From NCBI GenBank assembly GCA_028534125.1, contig CM052817.1, positions 91,886,001-91,950,000 of the forward strand: a DNA stretch of 64,000 nt, in the 5' to 3' direction. Both the position numbers and the translations under genes were made by a program. Within the stretch, counting starts at the first letter, position 1. Every line of letters starts with the position of its first letter. The stretch comes from Lama glama. Taxonomy: Eukaryota. Positions 25,233 through 38,091 of the stretch are shown here, one piece after another. The notes below the pieces were generated by a model, which saw only the letters and a list, made by a program, of their open reading frames with translations, was not told the DNA's origin and searched no databases.

Positions 25233-26999
25233 AAATTGAAGATGGTACAAATAAACACAAAAATATCCTGTGCTCTTGGATTAGAAGAATTAATATTGTT
25301 AAAATGGCCATACTGCCCAAAGTAATCTATAGATTTAATGCAATCTCCATCAAAATACCCATGACATTTTTCACAGAACTAGCACAAATCCTAAAATTCA
25401 CACAGAACCATAAAAGACCCAAAATTGCTAGAGCAATTTTGAAAAAAAAGAACAGAGCTGGAGGCATCACTCTCCCAGAATTTAGACTACACTACAAAGC
25501 TGCAGTATTCAAAACAGCATGGTACCAACACATAGGATCAGTGGAACAGAATAGAGAGCCCAGGAATAAACCCATTAACCCACGGTCAATTTATGACAAA
25601 GGAGGTAAGACTACCCAAGGGAGAAAAGACAGTCTCTTCAACAAGTGGTGCTGGGAAAACTGGTCAGCTGCATGTAAAACATTGACATTAGAGCATTTCC
25701 TCACATTATATGCAAAAATAAACTTAAAATGGATTAAAGACCTAAATGTTAAGACCTGAAACCATAAATCTCCTAGAAGAGAATATAGACAGAGCACTCT
25801 TTGACATAAATCATAGTAATTTTTTGTATGTGTCTCCTAGGCAAAAGAAATAAAAGCAAAAATAAACAAATGGGACCTAATTAAACTTAAAGGGTTTTGC
25901 ATAGCAAAATAAACCACTGAAAAAATGAAAAGACAACCTACAAAATTAGGAGAAAACATTTGTAAATGATATGACCGACAAAGGGTTAGTATCCAAAATA
26001 TGTAAACAGTGTACACAACTCAGTATCAAAAAAAACAAACAACATAATCAAAAAATGAGCAGGAGACCCAAATAGAAATTTTCCAAAGAAGACATACAAA
26101 TGGCTGATAGGCACCTGAAAAGATGCACAACATCACTAATTATTATAGAAATGCAAATCAAAGCCACAATAAATATCACCTCATACTTGTCAGAATGGCT
26201 ATTACCAAAAAGTCTATGAATAACAAATGTTGGAGAAGATGTGGAGAAAAGGGAACTCTTGTAGACTCTTGGTGGAACTGTAAATTGGTGGAGCCACTAT
26301 GGAAAATAGTATGGAGGTTCCTCAAAGAACTAAAAACAGAACTACCATATGATCCAGCAATTCCAGTCCTGAGTATATATCCAGAAAAAATGAAAACACT
26401 AATTCAAAAAGATACCCCCCCAACCAATGTTCATAGCAGTACTGTTTATAGTAGCCAAGCTATGGAAGCAACCCAAATGCCCATCAATAGATGAATGGAT
26501 TAAGAAGATGTGGGATATGTACATATGTGTATATACATACACACACACACACACAATGAAATATTATTCAGCCATAAAAATGAATGAAATCTTGTCATTT
26601 GTAGCAACGTTATTGGACCTAAACAATATTATGCTTTGTGAAATAAGTCAGAGAAAGACAAATTCTGTATATTATCACTTATATGTGAAATCTAAAAAAA
26701 TAATACAAATGAAATATATGCAAAACAAACTCACAGACATAGAAGACAAACTAGTGGTTACTAATGGGGAGAGGAAAGGAGGGAGGGGGAAATTAGGGGT
26801 ATGGGATTAAGAGATACAAACTACAATATATAAAATAGATAAGCTATTTTATATATATAAATAGATATAGCCATTATCTTATCATAATTTTTCATGGATT
26901 ATAATCTGTAAAAATACTGAATCACTATGCTGTATACCTGAAATTAATATACTATAAATCAATTATACTTCAATAATAGATATGTATTTATCTATATGT
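25233..26999 (+). mobile_element. 5'-truncated LINE-1 (ORF2 C-terminal part and 3' UTR), inactivated
   Basis: ORF track 25073-25759 gives [30 protein letters not shown]...[11 protein letters not shown]. ORFs at 26123-26810 give [12 protein letters not shown]...LPYDPAIP...WKQPKCPS (L1 ORF2). Frameshifted. TSD tatt(g/a)cccttcctg at 25219-25232 and 27000-27013. Confidence 0.93.
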
Positions 27000-29900
27000 T
27001 ATTACCCTTCCTGTTTATAACCATGCAGTGATTTCCACTGTCTTTAGATTAAGATCCAAACTACTTCACCTGGCTCCTGTTCATCATTCTAGGCTCATTT
27101 TCATGCCTCTCTGCTGAGCATCAACTCCCCAGGCCCTGCCAAACATTTTCTATCAACTCTCCTGAAACTCCTTCAGTTTCTTAAATGTGCTAAGCTTCCT
27201 TCTGCCTCTAGGCCACTGTAATGTTGTTTTCTTTCCTTGGAACATACTCGTCTCCCTCCCTCTCCCCCTCCCCTGGTAACAGCTACTCATCCTCCAGGTT
27301 GTGTCTTAGATTTCACTTCCTCTAGGAAATCTCCTTTCATCTCACATCCTTTCCCCAAACCAACTCCATTAGGCACCTCCTCTAACCAACCTACACTGGG
27401 TTAGAAATCTTGGAGTAAGTTTTTCCAAGCAACATCAACTTCCCCATCATAGCTTCTGCCATCCTTTGGGGCAACTGCTTAAGTGTCTGTTTAGCAAGCT
27501 CTAAGGTGGCAGGGGCTATGGCTGACTTGCTTACTGTGTATCCAGGGCTGCATCCAGTGTTCAGGTTCCTAGCACTGGTTAATAGATGGTGGAAAACTGA
27601 ATGATTCTATTGTCTAATTCACAGGGGCTGAAGGAGGTGAGTTTGGATCAGAGCAGGAGGCAACTCCACTGACCACAGGGAATGCCTGACTTTGAGATTC
27701 TACATTCCTGGTAATGGGATCTCTAATCCTGGAGAGTGTTGTGCCCACTTAAATGGACTCATTTTAAAAGTCCAGTTAAGAAAAGTCTTGGTAACACTAT
27801 GGATCTATTAAGTCCAAACCTAATTCATCTGTCTGCCCCCTTCCTTTCTGCCAGAAAGGGCTAATTCCTAGGGCCCCAGTTGAAAGAGGTTGACATAGGG
27901 GAGGTCCTGATGTACTGCTTGCTGGATGGTGACAAAGGGAAGACAAGGTTGGGTTAGATGGAGGTTTCAGTAGCTTTATAGAGTTGAAGGCACAGGGTAG
28001 AGTGACATGGTGGGAAGAGGAGGCAGAACAGCCCCCTACTCGTGCACTCGCCTGTTCTTGGCAGATGTGCTGTGTATCACAGAGCGCGGAAGAGAGGTGC
28101 GGGCTCCCTCTGACCCTGCACTTCCGCACTCACACGCGGACCTGCTAAGGCTCTGGAAGAGCCCTACATACAGTAAACCCAATCCGGAGATGATGTGGGG
28201 GATTTATTGCTATCCTCTCATAAGTCGAGCATTCCATTTCAAAACTAAACAGAAAAAGTCCTTAAGTAAAGACCCAGTCTAACCCTTGTTCCTAAATCTT
28301 ATATTTTTAATCACAACACCAAACATTCTGCAGTCACTTGGCAGAAGCCCCTGAATTGCTGAAAACAAGGCCCTAGCCAGGACACACTGGAATTTGACTT
28401 CAAAGAAGATACTGGCTCTATCCATCCTATTAGGTAAAAACTGCTAGAAAATTACCTTATTTATTGAATAAACCAGGAAACTGTGGTTCTGATCATAGGT
28501 ATGGCAGATACTTGAATGTAGCTCCAACACACAGTGGCAAGTTCAGATATCACAGCTTCAGGGTCTAAAGGAAATAATGTTTGGGGCCCTTGGCACCTCC
28601 TGAAGGGATGTTAACCTTAAAAAAGTAAGCACTTGTCTTAAAAATGAACCCAATTTTATTTTAAAAAGTACAAATCCACGACTCTGTTCTAGGTCGTGAA
28701 ATGGATGGGGCAGAGATGGAGAAAGACAATGCTCTATTTGTTCTTCTGGAGAACAGTGGTGGCCAAGACCATGGAGACAGACAGGTCTGACTGGGAACCC
28801 CAAGTCCCACCTCTTACCCACAGAGCAGGCCTCCATGGGTGAGGCAGTACAGAGCAGGAACCCAGACACAGGCGGACAGCCCTGGGGCTAGAAGGCCTGG
28901 GTTCAAACCCAGACCCCCCACCTAAGGGTTAATACATATAAATGCTGTCTGATGCTTAATAAATGTTAGCTACGAGACCATCCGGTAGATAGTTATTTAC
29001 ATGAAGGTAGGGATTTTTCTGTTTTTTTCACTACTGGTCCCCTAGTAGCTCACAGTAGACACTCGATAAATACATGTTGAATGAATGAATCCTGGAAAAT
29101 GTATTAGAACTCTCCTAAGCTTTGGTTCCTTATCTGCAAAATGGGTTAACAATATCTAGCTCATACAGTTACTGTGAGGATGAACGTAAATGAAATAGCA
29201 TGGAGAGCACTTAGCTTCAGGCCTGGGATCTAGTCAGCACCGACCAAGCCTTAGCTTACTCTATTTTTAAAATGCAATGACACCAATAGTCACACTGTAC
29301 CCAAGATAGATGAGTTTCTGGATCTCTAAAATACAAATAGGTAAAGTGATCATATTTCTGTTCCCTAGCCTGCAAAAGCCTAATGTTTTCCAAGCATCTT
29401 GCGTGGTTTTTTAAATATGAACAACAAAAATCATATTTGCAATTCAAGTCTGAGTCCCAGTGCTAATGCATTCGTGTCCTAGATTGTACAACAGACTGGA
29501 TTGCTGAGGCTCAAAGCAAATCTACTTCCAGGCTGCGACCTGAACGGAGCTACTGACTGCTTCTTTTTCCTTGAGGGCCGAGAGTTCTCCACTGCTGGCC
29601 CTTTTAACCCCAATCTTGACATATATTTCACATGTCAGCACTGGGAATACAAGAACGACATCATTGAAGGCACACTGAAGCCCTGTTATAGTTTCTGTTT
29701 GTGTCCAAAATAGCACAGCAATCTTAGCTTCCCTCCCGTGTCTCATCCTCCTTTGCTAGATGGCAAGGTGGTCTGACAGTCTAACTCTCTCCTATGTCCC
29801 TCCTGGGAGAGAGGAGGAGGGTGGGCGGGAAGAGGGGAGAAGGCGGAGTAACTCGCCAGCACTCTGCTCAGTGAGCAGGAGAAAGGTTGACTGCACGGGA

Positions 29901-30297
29901 AATGTCCTTGGGACTCTCCATCCTCCCAAGGACTCCCGTCAGGGTCTCTTCCCAAATGGCCTTATTCTAGGAAGTCCCTGGCCTTCCTGCCTCACAAAGC
30001 TGGAGCCTCTTAGTATGATTTGTGCTCTCGTGGAAGAGTCACAGGAACTGTTGACCGAGCATTAGCTTCCTTGTTCTGGTATCATTACCATCACATATAA
30101 ATGTTTTCTCCCATTAAGGGACGCTGTGGGCCGGGAGATTAAGTCTGCTGCGCATACACTGCCTGTGACAATGGGGGCAGCTCTCCTGTGTCGAGGGCTC
30201 TGAAGGAAGCAATCCCTCCTGCACAGTAGCTCCAGCGTGAGTTTCTCCTCTACAGTATGGCTTGATGGCTTGTGTTTCTGTGAACTGTTGGGTGAGA

Positions 30298-30340
30298 GTG
30301 TGTGTGTGTGTGAGAGACAGAGACAGAGACAGAGAGACTG
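30298..30340. repeat. Compound (TG)n/(GAGACA)n repeat
   Basis: gtgtgtgtgtgtgtgagagacagagacagagacagagagac. Confidence 0.85.
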
Positions 30341-31129
30341 GCTGAGAGGCAGAAACAACATGTAAGGCAAGGAGAGACACAGGGGTTTGGGAGGGGTGAT
30401 ATGACACCCAGACCAATAGTAATAAGAAGAGCTGTGCCTTTAGGGTAATAAAGTGCTTTCACACAGAATCATTGTTTTATCCTCTTAGCAAACCTCTGGG
30501 GCAGGTCATGTGCTGGTCTGATGGTTCTACAGAGGAAAGGGCAGTATTTTGGAGGAGGTGGAGTGGGGAGGGGTGGATGACACCCATAGCAAGGAGGAAC
30601 GTGGCTAAGGTGAGTAGGTCTCTGCCGACACAGAAGGGCCCCATCCCCAATAGAGTCCAAGGGGTCCCCTGGGCCAGTGTGTCCATAATCAAGATATTCG
30701 TTCTTCCTTTAGACTTTTAGCAGTTTTAGTAAGTTAAAAATAAAAAGCTCTTATTGCCTTCTCCGTGACTTTGCATAAAATTGGGCAGGATCAGGGAGCT
30801 TGGGAATGAAGATGATGATCCTACTATTAAAATAATGAAGATTTTAGGATGGAAGATATTGGGATAACTATCAAGATTCCTGTCTCTTACTCTTACTGAT
30901 TCAAAAAGGTGGGTAGGTTTTATTATAACCACCTTACAGAGAGGAAATTTAGGCGTAGTGAGATTAAGCCTCAGATTACAGAGCTGGGAGTGGGATGGGG
31001 TGGCTCAACCTGCATTCAAATTCAGACTCAGGTCTGACTGCATAGCCCACACTTTCCCCTCATGCAGACGGTGAAGCACAGTCCTGCCTTCATCAATGGC
31101 CCTGGGCTCCAATGCTCATCATGGTCACG

Positions 31130-31826
31130 TTCTTTCACACTGTTTTCGGGAATCATCCTTGATTCCACCCTCTCCCCACCACCCATACTCAGTTAAACCT
31201 CAAAGGCTATCTGTTCTCATTATGAATGGATTTCATTCTCATCCTTCCAACCCAACCCAGCACCTCAGTTCAGATCAACACTTTTGTCATGATTCCCGCA
31301 GCAGCTCCTGACGAGCCTCTCTGCTCCAGTCTTGACTCTTTCTTCTACCTATTCTCTGCACCATGGCTGTGGTTTTCTTGATAAAATGTGAACCCCTCCC
31401 CCTCTTCCGGAGCTATCTGCTGTCTTCAGCATCACCTAAGTCCCACACCCAAGCCCTGCACAACTTGGTCCTCATCCCTGCTTACCTCTCTGGTCTTAGC
31501 TCTCACCTCCAAACTTCTTCCCCTCCACTGGCCCTCCAACACCAATCAACTCTAAACCTTCAGCTACGCGTAATTATTTGTAGCTCTCAGGACACACTGT
31601 CTGTTCTGAGTCTTTGCATGTGTTATACTCTTACCAACTTCTTCACTTGACCAATTCTATGTGTCCATCACGATTCAGTTGAAACAGTATGTTCGATGCA
31701 GTCTCTCTTAACAGCCCCTCCCCATACCTCCTAATCTTGGAGACCCCTCTGTGTGCTCCCATGGCATCCTAACATCCTATCATAACTGTTTCCTTTTCCT
31801 TCAGGTGATTGTTCGAATGAATGAAC
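31130..31826 (+). mobile_element. LINE-2 fragment
   Basis: ctctctgctccagtcttgac...aagccctgcacaacttggtcc...tacctctctggtct...gaatgaatgaa end. Confidence 0.55.
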
Positions 31827-32639
31827 ACTAAAAAGATTTCTCAAATAACCACACTCAGTTTATGTAATAGATCCCCAAAGCAGGCACTTGAGAATGTTGG
31901 CCTGTCTAGTGTTTAAATGATAATTGAGTAAATGTACAATTTGTTCTGGTTATTTTAAAATGCTGGAAATGTCTGGTAGACTGTCCCCTCCTTAATATTT
32001 TTGAGGACTCTAAGGGTCCAGGGAGCCTATGTTGAGAACAACTCGAGAGAATTATGAAGAGAATCATGGAGAAGAAGAGTGAAACTGAAACTCAGAGACT
32101 TTATATAACACCAAGGTCACATGTTTTGTCAACCATGTGAACCCAACATGTTGGGTATTTTCATAGTTGAATTTTAAATTTCCTTACAAAGGTTTCAAGG
32201 AGTTTTCACCTGGCAAAGCACCCTCTCCAACCAAACGCACTTCCTTCACCAAACATTAGAAACACAATTACTTCTCAAGACTTGAAGACGAATTGGAATC
32301 TCAGCTTACAGATGCTGTAACTAATTTAGAAGCTCAGAGAGAATACTTTGGTCATTTTGATCTGCTCTGGTCAAACCAGAATATGATTCACTGAATCAAT
32401 TTTCATGTGGTTATTTTCTTCTCATTCTACCAACAGATAATAGGCATATGAACATATGGAAAAATTTGACTTCCTTATTTAATATATTTGATGAGTGACC
32501 CTGAATACTCACGTGCTAGATATTTTAATTAGTGGAATATGAATAGTGTGCAAAACATTTTCCAGAACTGTCTTTGAGATTTAAGCACCCTTAGAATAAG
32601 GATCTCTTGAGGTTTATTTAAAGGTTCAGTTTTCTAGAC

Positions 32640-32835
32640 CAGTGATTATCCAACTTTAAAGTGACTTGGGAAGCCGTTAAAAATGCAGATTTCTTGGTCC
32701 CACTTCCACAGTTTGATTTAGTAACTAAAGGTGGGGCCAGATTGGGACACAGGTTGATGACACAAGAAAGAAAATAAAAACCTCAGATTCCTCTGAGGTA
32801 GTTGGTCCAGTATCCCTAGTTTTCAGAAATTCTAA
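32640..32835. mobile_element. MER5-family hAT MITE, degenerate
   Basis: tctagac-cagtg start, gttaaaaatgcagatttcttgg, ggtggggccag, ends at tctagac. Confidence 0.55.
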
Positions 32836-34200
32836 TCTAGACTAATAATTCTTTTGGAGTTCCAACATTCTGAAGTTGTTGGTTTGATTAAAAAAAATAC
32901 ACCCAAACTCAATGTCAATACAAAATGCTTCCAAGTTAATTGGTCATACTCTGGGACAGCTCATAAACAGGACTAAAAAAACAATGCCCTCAGTTGAGAT
33001 ATTTCAAAGCTCTGATGATCATGAATTCTGCAGAAGCTGTTTGCACTTCTACAAGATTTGACATGAAAATGTTTTATTGTACATTTTAGGTTTCTCTAAG
33101 TAGGGTCATAGCCTAGATCATTTTCTTCCTCCACATCATATTCTTACTTTAATTTTCATTCCTCTTGAGCTGAGGGCGTGCTGTATGCCTGTGTGTCAGG
33201 TGCAAAGGGATGGATTCATTCCCAGGAACAAAGACCACAACAGAAAGTGAGCACGTGTGACATACATTGTCAAAAGGCGAGTCTGTTTGTTTTAAGCGGG
33301 TCTACAGGAAGAGTAGAGCAACACAAAAGTAAGAGAAAGTTGATCATGACCCCTGAAATCTGCCTTGTCAGCCTTATGCACTCCTAACAGTAGCTTACAG
33401 ACAAAACAATTTTATTGTGTAATGAAAGTCACATGAATTTAAAAACACACACATGCACACACACATTTCCCTGAGAGCCAAGAATTTAAAACCTCTACAT
33501 GTGACCATCCCAGAATACAGCTTCTCTGAACCTAGTCTGTAGGAAATTCTGGGTCTCTGGAGGGGATGTCAGTCAAAAATCTCTGTTCTGGAAGCCTCCA
33601 GGAAGAAAAGGATCACCTTAAAATGGGCCTTGCCACCTAGTAAGCATCTGAGAGGCCCAAGGGGATGCTGGATACTGCTGAGCCCCCAGCCCAAAGGAAC
33701 AGGACCATTCAGAACATTTTGGGAGACTTTGAGTTTATTTTTAGAAATGACTATGATCTTTTTCCTTTTTTGCTAGAAGTCAGATTTAAAATTCTATTCC
33801 CAAGTAGTCTTCGGTGTGTATACACGAGAGTGGTGGTTCCGCTTTTCAGTATTTGGAATGTGGATACCCACCCCATTCCAGCTGTGAGCCACCAAGGGAA
33901 GGAACTCTTTAAAAGCTTTTTAAATCTTTTTTGTGTGTGGCTGAATTTTTAGGCATGCTTTTATCCTGTAGTTATGCCTAAAGTGCACCGACTAAATCCA
34001 CAACAACACATTTAGAATGGATCAAAAAACACCAGGAGCAGTGGCAGTCAACACCCTGCACGTTTTGAAATGCTCAGGTCCCAAGATCTCACATCCCTGT
34101 ATTTCCACACATTAATGTTCATAGAGGCTCTTGGCTTTCTCTCAATTGAATGAATAAATTCTATTCTCATCACTAGTTACAGGAATTCTGTGTACTCTTT

Positions 34201-34357
34201 TTTTTTTAATATATATTAAAAATTTTGTTTGTTTGTTTCAGGGGAGGTACTTAGGTGTATTTATTTATTTATTTTTAATGGAGGTGCTGGGGATTGAACC
34301 CAGGACCTTGTGCATGCTAGGTGTGCACTCTACCACTGAGCTATACTCTTCTACCCC
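34201..34357 (-). mobile_element. tRNA-derived SINE (Vic-1-like)
   Basis: Reverse copy with tail. TSD gtgta(c/t)tcttt at 34190-34200 and 34358-34368. Confidence 0.88.
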
Positions 34358-35177
34358 GTGTATTCTTTATATCTGAAGTAATAAAATTTTTTCACAAGCT
34401 CCATACATATAGTTCAAATGGGTGTTTCCATGAAATTATTAACTACTCGTTAAAAATGAGACTGTTATCTCTGTAAATGCCTAGCTTCTATGACTTTCAA
34501 ATTCTCCTCACATAGTTTTCAGTAGAAAGCTCTAAATTTCCAAGTCTTTATTAGAGAATTTGGTTCACTGCTTACTAAATGTTTCAAGTTATTATTGTCA
34601 TTTGATATTCTAATTGGCTGAGAGCTTAGGATGTAAGATCAAGCTGAATGCTTTATCTGTATTCACTTAGTGAATCTTCACAATACCCCTATGATGGATG
34701 AGGAATGGGCTCAGAGAGGGTAGTCATTTGTCCCAGGGTACACAGCAGAGCCCTGCTTTGTGCTGCCTGCCCCTCAAATATGTGTTCTCACCTACTGTGT
34801 TCTTCTGCCTCTGATGACTCCTATCCTGATCAAACACCAGCAAACTTTGCTGCAAAATTCTAGGAAGTGTTTTAGACATCTGGGTCGTGACGGTCTAAGC
34901 AGGATGTGTTCATGTTTTTGAGTCAGATCTGCCTGACTCACAGGAAAGCTCCGCACTCCTCCAAGAGTAAAGATGTTACTCTGCAAATTTAGCATGTGTT
35001 TGAGAAGTGATGAGAGCTGCAGCCCTGAAAACTTCAGTAGGGAGCAGATGTGTGCGTCCTGGTGGCAGCTTCCTTCACTCAGTAGCTTTCTGTAGGAAAA
35101 GCTCCACGGAGATTTGTAGTTGCTGTCAGAATTCCACAACCTGAACCCTGAGCTGCTCTGTCTTTTCAGATACATAA

Positions 35178-35240
35178 ACACACGTGCGCGCGCGCGCACG
35201 CGCACACGCACACACACACTCTCTCTCTCACACACACACA
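35178..35240. repeat. Compound (CA)/(CG)/(CT)/(CA) microsatellite
   Basis: acacacgtgcgcgcgcgcgcacgcgcacacgcacacacacactctctctctcacacacacaca. Confidence 0.93.
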
Positions 35241-37097
35241 TTACACTGCATTTATTTTTAAGGATAAGAAACAATTTCCCGAGGAATTTCTCCCACTGGA
35301 AGTCATGCATACATTATCTAGTCAAACCTGCTTGTATTCATGACCTTGTATTAAATCTGAAATTCCTAATGGGATTTTATTTAGAGCTCCGAAGAGATGA
35401 CGGCCAAGGAGGTTGGTGAGAAAGAAGGGAAAAACCATAGGGAGGAAGAGGGCCAATGAAAAGATCAGATCTTATCTGCACCACTCACAGCTGGAGACAC
35501 ACCGACAACACAGACCAGAGAACAGGCGTGTTAGAACGAAGCAGGAGGTTTCAATCTGCTCATTTTCTGGGAGGCGGGGGGAGAAATACTTCAGGGAGGC
35601 TGAGTACTTTTCGTTCCCTTGGGTAGGAATTAAGAATATTTTTATTTCACTGTTTACTCAACATGTCCCTTCTTTTTAAAGAGAAATCCTCCTTTTTGTT
35701 TCCAGCCCCTTCTAGGAGGGCCTCCAAGGCACTGAAGTCCTGCACACGCTGCTTACAGGATGCAAACAGCCCACAGCACCTGGGCCTGACACTGCTTTTG
35801 AATAAAATCCCAGCCTGGGTTTATCTCCCTTCGGAAAACAGAAGTATTGAAATAAGATCGTCCAGTCTATAAAAAGCCTCTAGTTTCCCTCAAAGAGGTC
35901 AGACCTTGTTCTTCCTTGTGAGTTGGAGTTTACATAAAACAAAGGTAAGAGCTACCTCCTGGAAGGGAATTCATCTCTCTCTCTATCACACACACACTCA
36001 CATACCATCTCAGGGAGCAAACAGGACATTATTCTGATTTCTGGATGGCATCTGACTCTCACATCTCTGTTTCTGAGCAGATTTTTACCCTAAAGCTGAA
36101 AGCTACAGGACTCGCCTTCATTTGCCAGCCAATTGAGCACCATTATTTACATGTCTTTAGAGTGACTTTGTGCCCAAATATGAGACAAGGCAGAAGGAGA
36201 GGATTTTTCTCTTCAGGATGAATCACCCGTGCGTGATGACATCCACACGTAGGCAGGTGCTTTCTCACATTCAGGCCAACGTGGGTATGACTTAACCGGC
36301 TCTGAGAATGTTCCAGCGAGCAGCGGCATGCGGGGCACCACGCCCTGGATCCACAAAACAGCAGAGCTCCGGAGGCCGTCAGCAGAGCTTTCCTCTGTGG
36401 GGAGAAGCTGCCCAGCCTCATCCCACCAGCTAAAATTCATTTTTCAAAAGAAATTAGACCGAGGTACTGTTGTTATAGCAACAGAGTCGCTTACACAGCC
36501 TCTTCCCCACAGCCTCACTCTGGCTCCGTGGGCAGCGATTTCTGTGATGCACAAGGAGTGACCGAGGCTGAGCCTGGGTGGACCCTTTCTTTGCCCTTTA
36601 AGGAGCATAAGCCTAAATCTTCTACATCCAATCTGAAGCCCAAAGACCAGACTTTCGTGTCCTGCAGAGTTCTCCCAGCCCTGAAAGTCGAGCAGTGAAG
36701 ATCAGAGAAAAACCTTTGCATCTGGTGTTTCCATCTCTTGGGTAGGAACTGGACACACGGCCACTGAATTTCCTGGGGGTTAACCAAGTATGAGCCACTG
36801 CAGACTGCTAATTTTCAGTGAGTTTGGTCATGTTGGCCATCACCATCACATTCTGAAGGGCCTACGTACCTTAGTCCTCTGGGATTTTATTCTTGGGGGT
36901 GCAGAACTCCCAATATAATAGCCCACTCCAAACCCTGGAAACAACAATCAACTCCAAAATGCCGCTTTCTTGACAAAAATGACTTACTACTAAACGTTTA
37001 TAGTAAATAACCTTCCAAAGGAGACAGCAACATAGTAGTTACATTCACCCCAGGGGTACCCCAAGGTGGTAAAAACCTATGAAGTCGGTGCTTATGA

Positions 37098-37465
37098 TGA
37101 ATGTGAACCGTATCCCCCCAAATTCATATGTGGGTGCTCTAACCCCCAACAGCTCAGAATGTGAGGGTATCTGGAATAGGATCTTTAGTGAAGTCCTGCA
37201 GGTGGGCCCTCATCCAATCTGACTGGTGCCCTTCTTTTAAGAAGAGGAAATTAGGACACAGATACACACAGAAGGAGGACCATGTGAAGACACAGGGAGA
37301 AGATGGCCATGGACAAGCCAAGGAGAAAGACCTCAGCAGAAACCAACCATGCTGACACCTTGATCTTGGACTTCTGTTCTCCAGACCTGTGAGGAGATGG
37401 ATTCCTGATGTTTAAGCCCTCAGTCTGTGTGCTACTTTGTGATGGCAGCCCAAGCACACTAATGC
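37098..37465 (+). mobile_element. MLT1B-like MaLR solo LTR
   Basis: ccccccaaattcatatgtg...ctaacccccaa...atccaatctgactggtgccctt...ccatgtgaagacacagggagaagatggcc...ctgacaccttgatcttggacttc...gcagcccaagcacactaatgca. Confidence 0.82.
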
Positions 37466-37569
37466 AACTAATCTGATTTAAACGTATCTCTGTCCTCTCA
37501 GTGTCTTACACAGGTTAGGTGCTCAATCACTATTTTAAAGGAATATCTTGCACGATGTGTTCATGCTTT

Positions 37570-38005
37570 GATTCAACTAATGGAACACCTACAGGGTGCC
37601 AGGTTCCAGATCAGGCACCAGGGACGTGACAGTGAACAAATTTCGGTCTCTGACCTCGAGAACCTTATGAGTGAAGGGGAAAGAAACAGATGAGCAAGGA
37701 CAAGGTAGTTGGATGTAGACGCCTGAGCTGTGGAAACACCACAGAGGGGCATTTCCTCAGTCCAGATGAGATAAGGCTTCCTGGGGGGACCGATATGTAA
37801 GCTGAGACTTGAAGGATGGATTCATAGTGAGGAGAAGACACCAAAGGAGAAGAAAGCCTGGCTTCTAAGTGAAACTTAAGAAGCTGTGTCAAGGGGGAAG
37901 CACTGAGAAATGAGGCTGGAGAAGGCAGAGCGACACAGATCATGGAGAGCTTGTCTGCCATGGTAAGAAGTTTGGACTTTACCCAGAAGGTCTTTAGAGA
38001 CCCTG
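37570..38005 (-). mobile_element. LINE-2 fragment (antisense)
   Basis: gaacacctacagggtgccagg...cagtgaacaa...aggcttcctgg...aagctgagacttgaaggatg...gccatggtaagaagtttggacttta. Confidence 0.62.
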
Positions 38006-38091
38006 GAGGAAAAAGAGTCCCTTTGCAATGCTAACTTCCAATTTCACAGTGATAGACATTGGTTGCTAAAGGTAAGGTGTTTGAAGTGATC

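Larger units (their letters stand above)
24380..27605 (+). mobile_element. LINE-2 relic split by two later L1 insertions
   Basis: L2 motifs ggcatctgaaactcaacatgtctcaa (about 24852-24877), ccaacctcactgctactatcctagtcca, and after the L1 aagatccaaactac...aagctctaaggtggcaggggctatg...tgtgtatccaggg. Confidence 0.7.

Noticed and set aside
25073..25759. 228-aa ORF as a novel protein
   Set aside because: It is chance read-through from L2 sequence into an L1 ORF2 fragment; the element is 5'-truncated and frameshifted.
32141..32156. Perfect 16-bp palindrome acccaacatgttgggt
   Set aside because: About one is expected by chance in 64 kb (64000 x 4^-8). The neighbouring CATG cores are 13-14 bp apart and do not fit a canonical p53 element.
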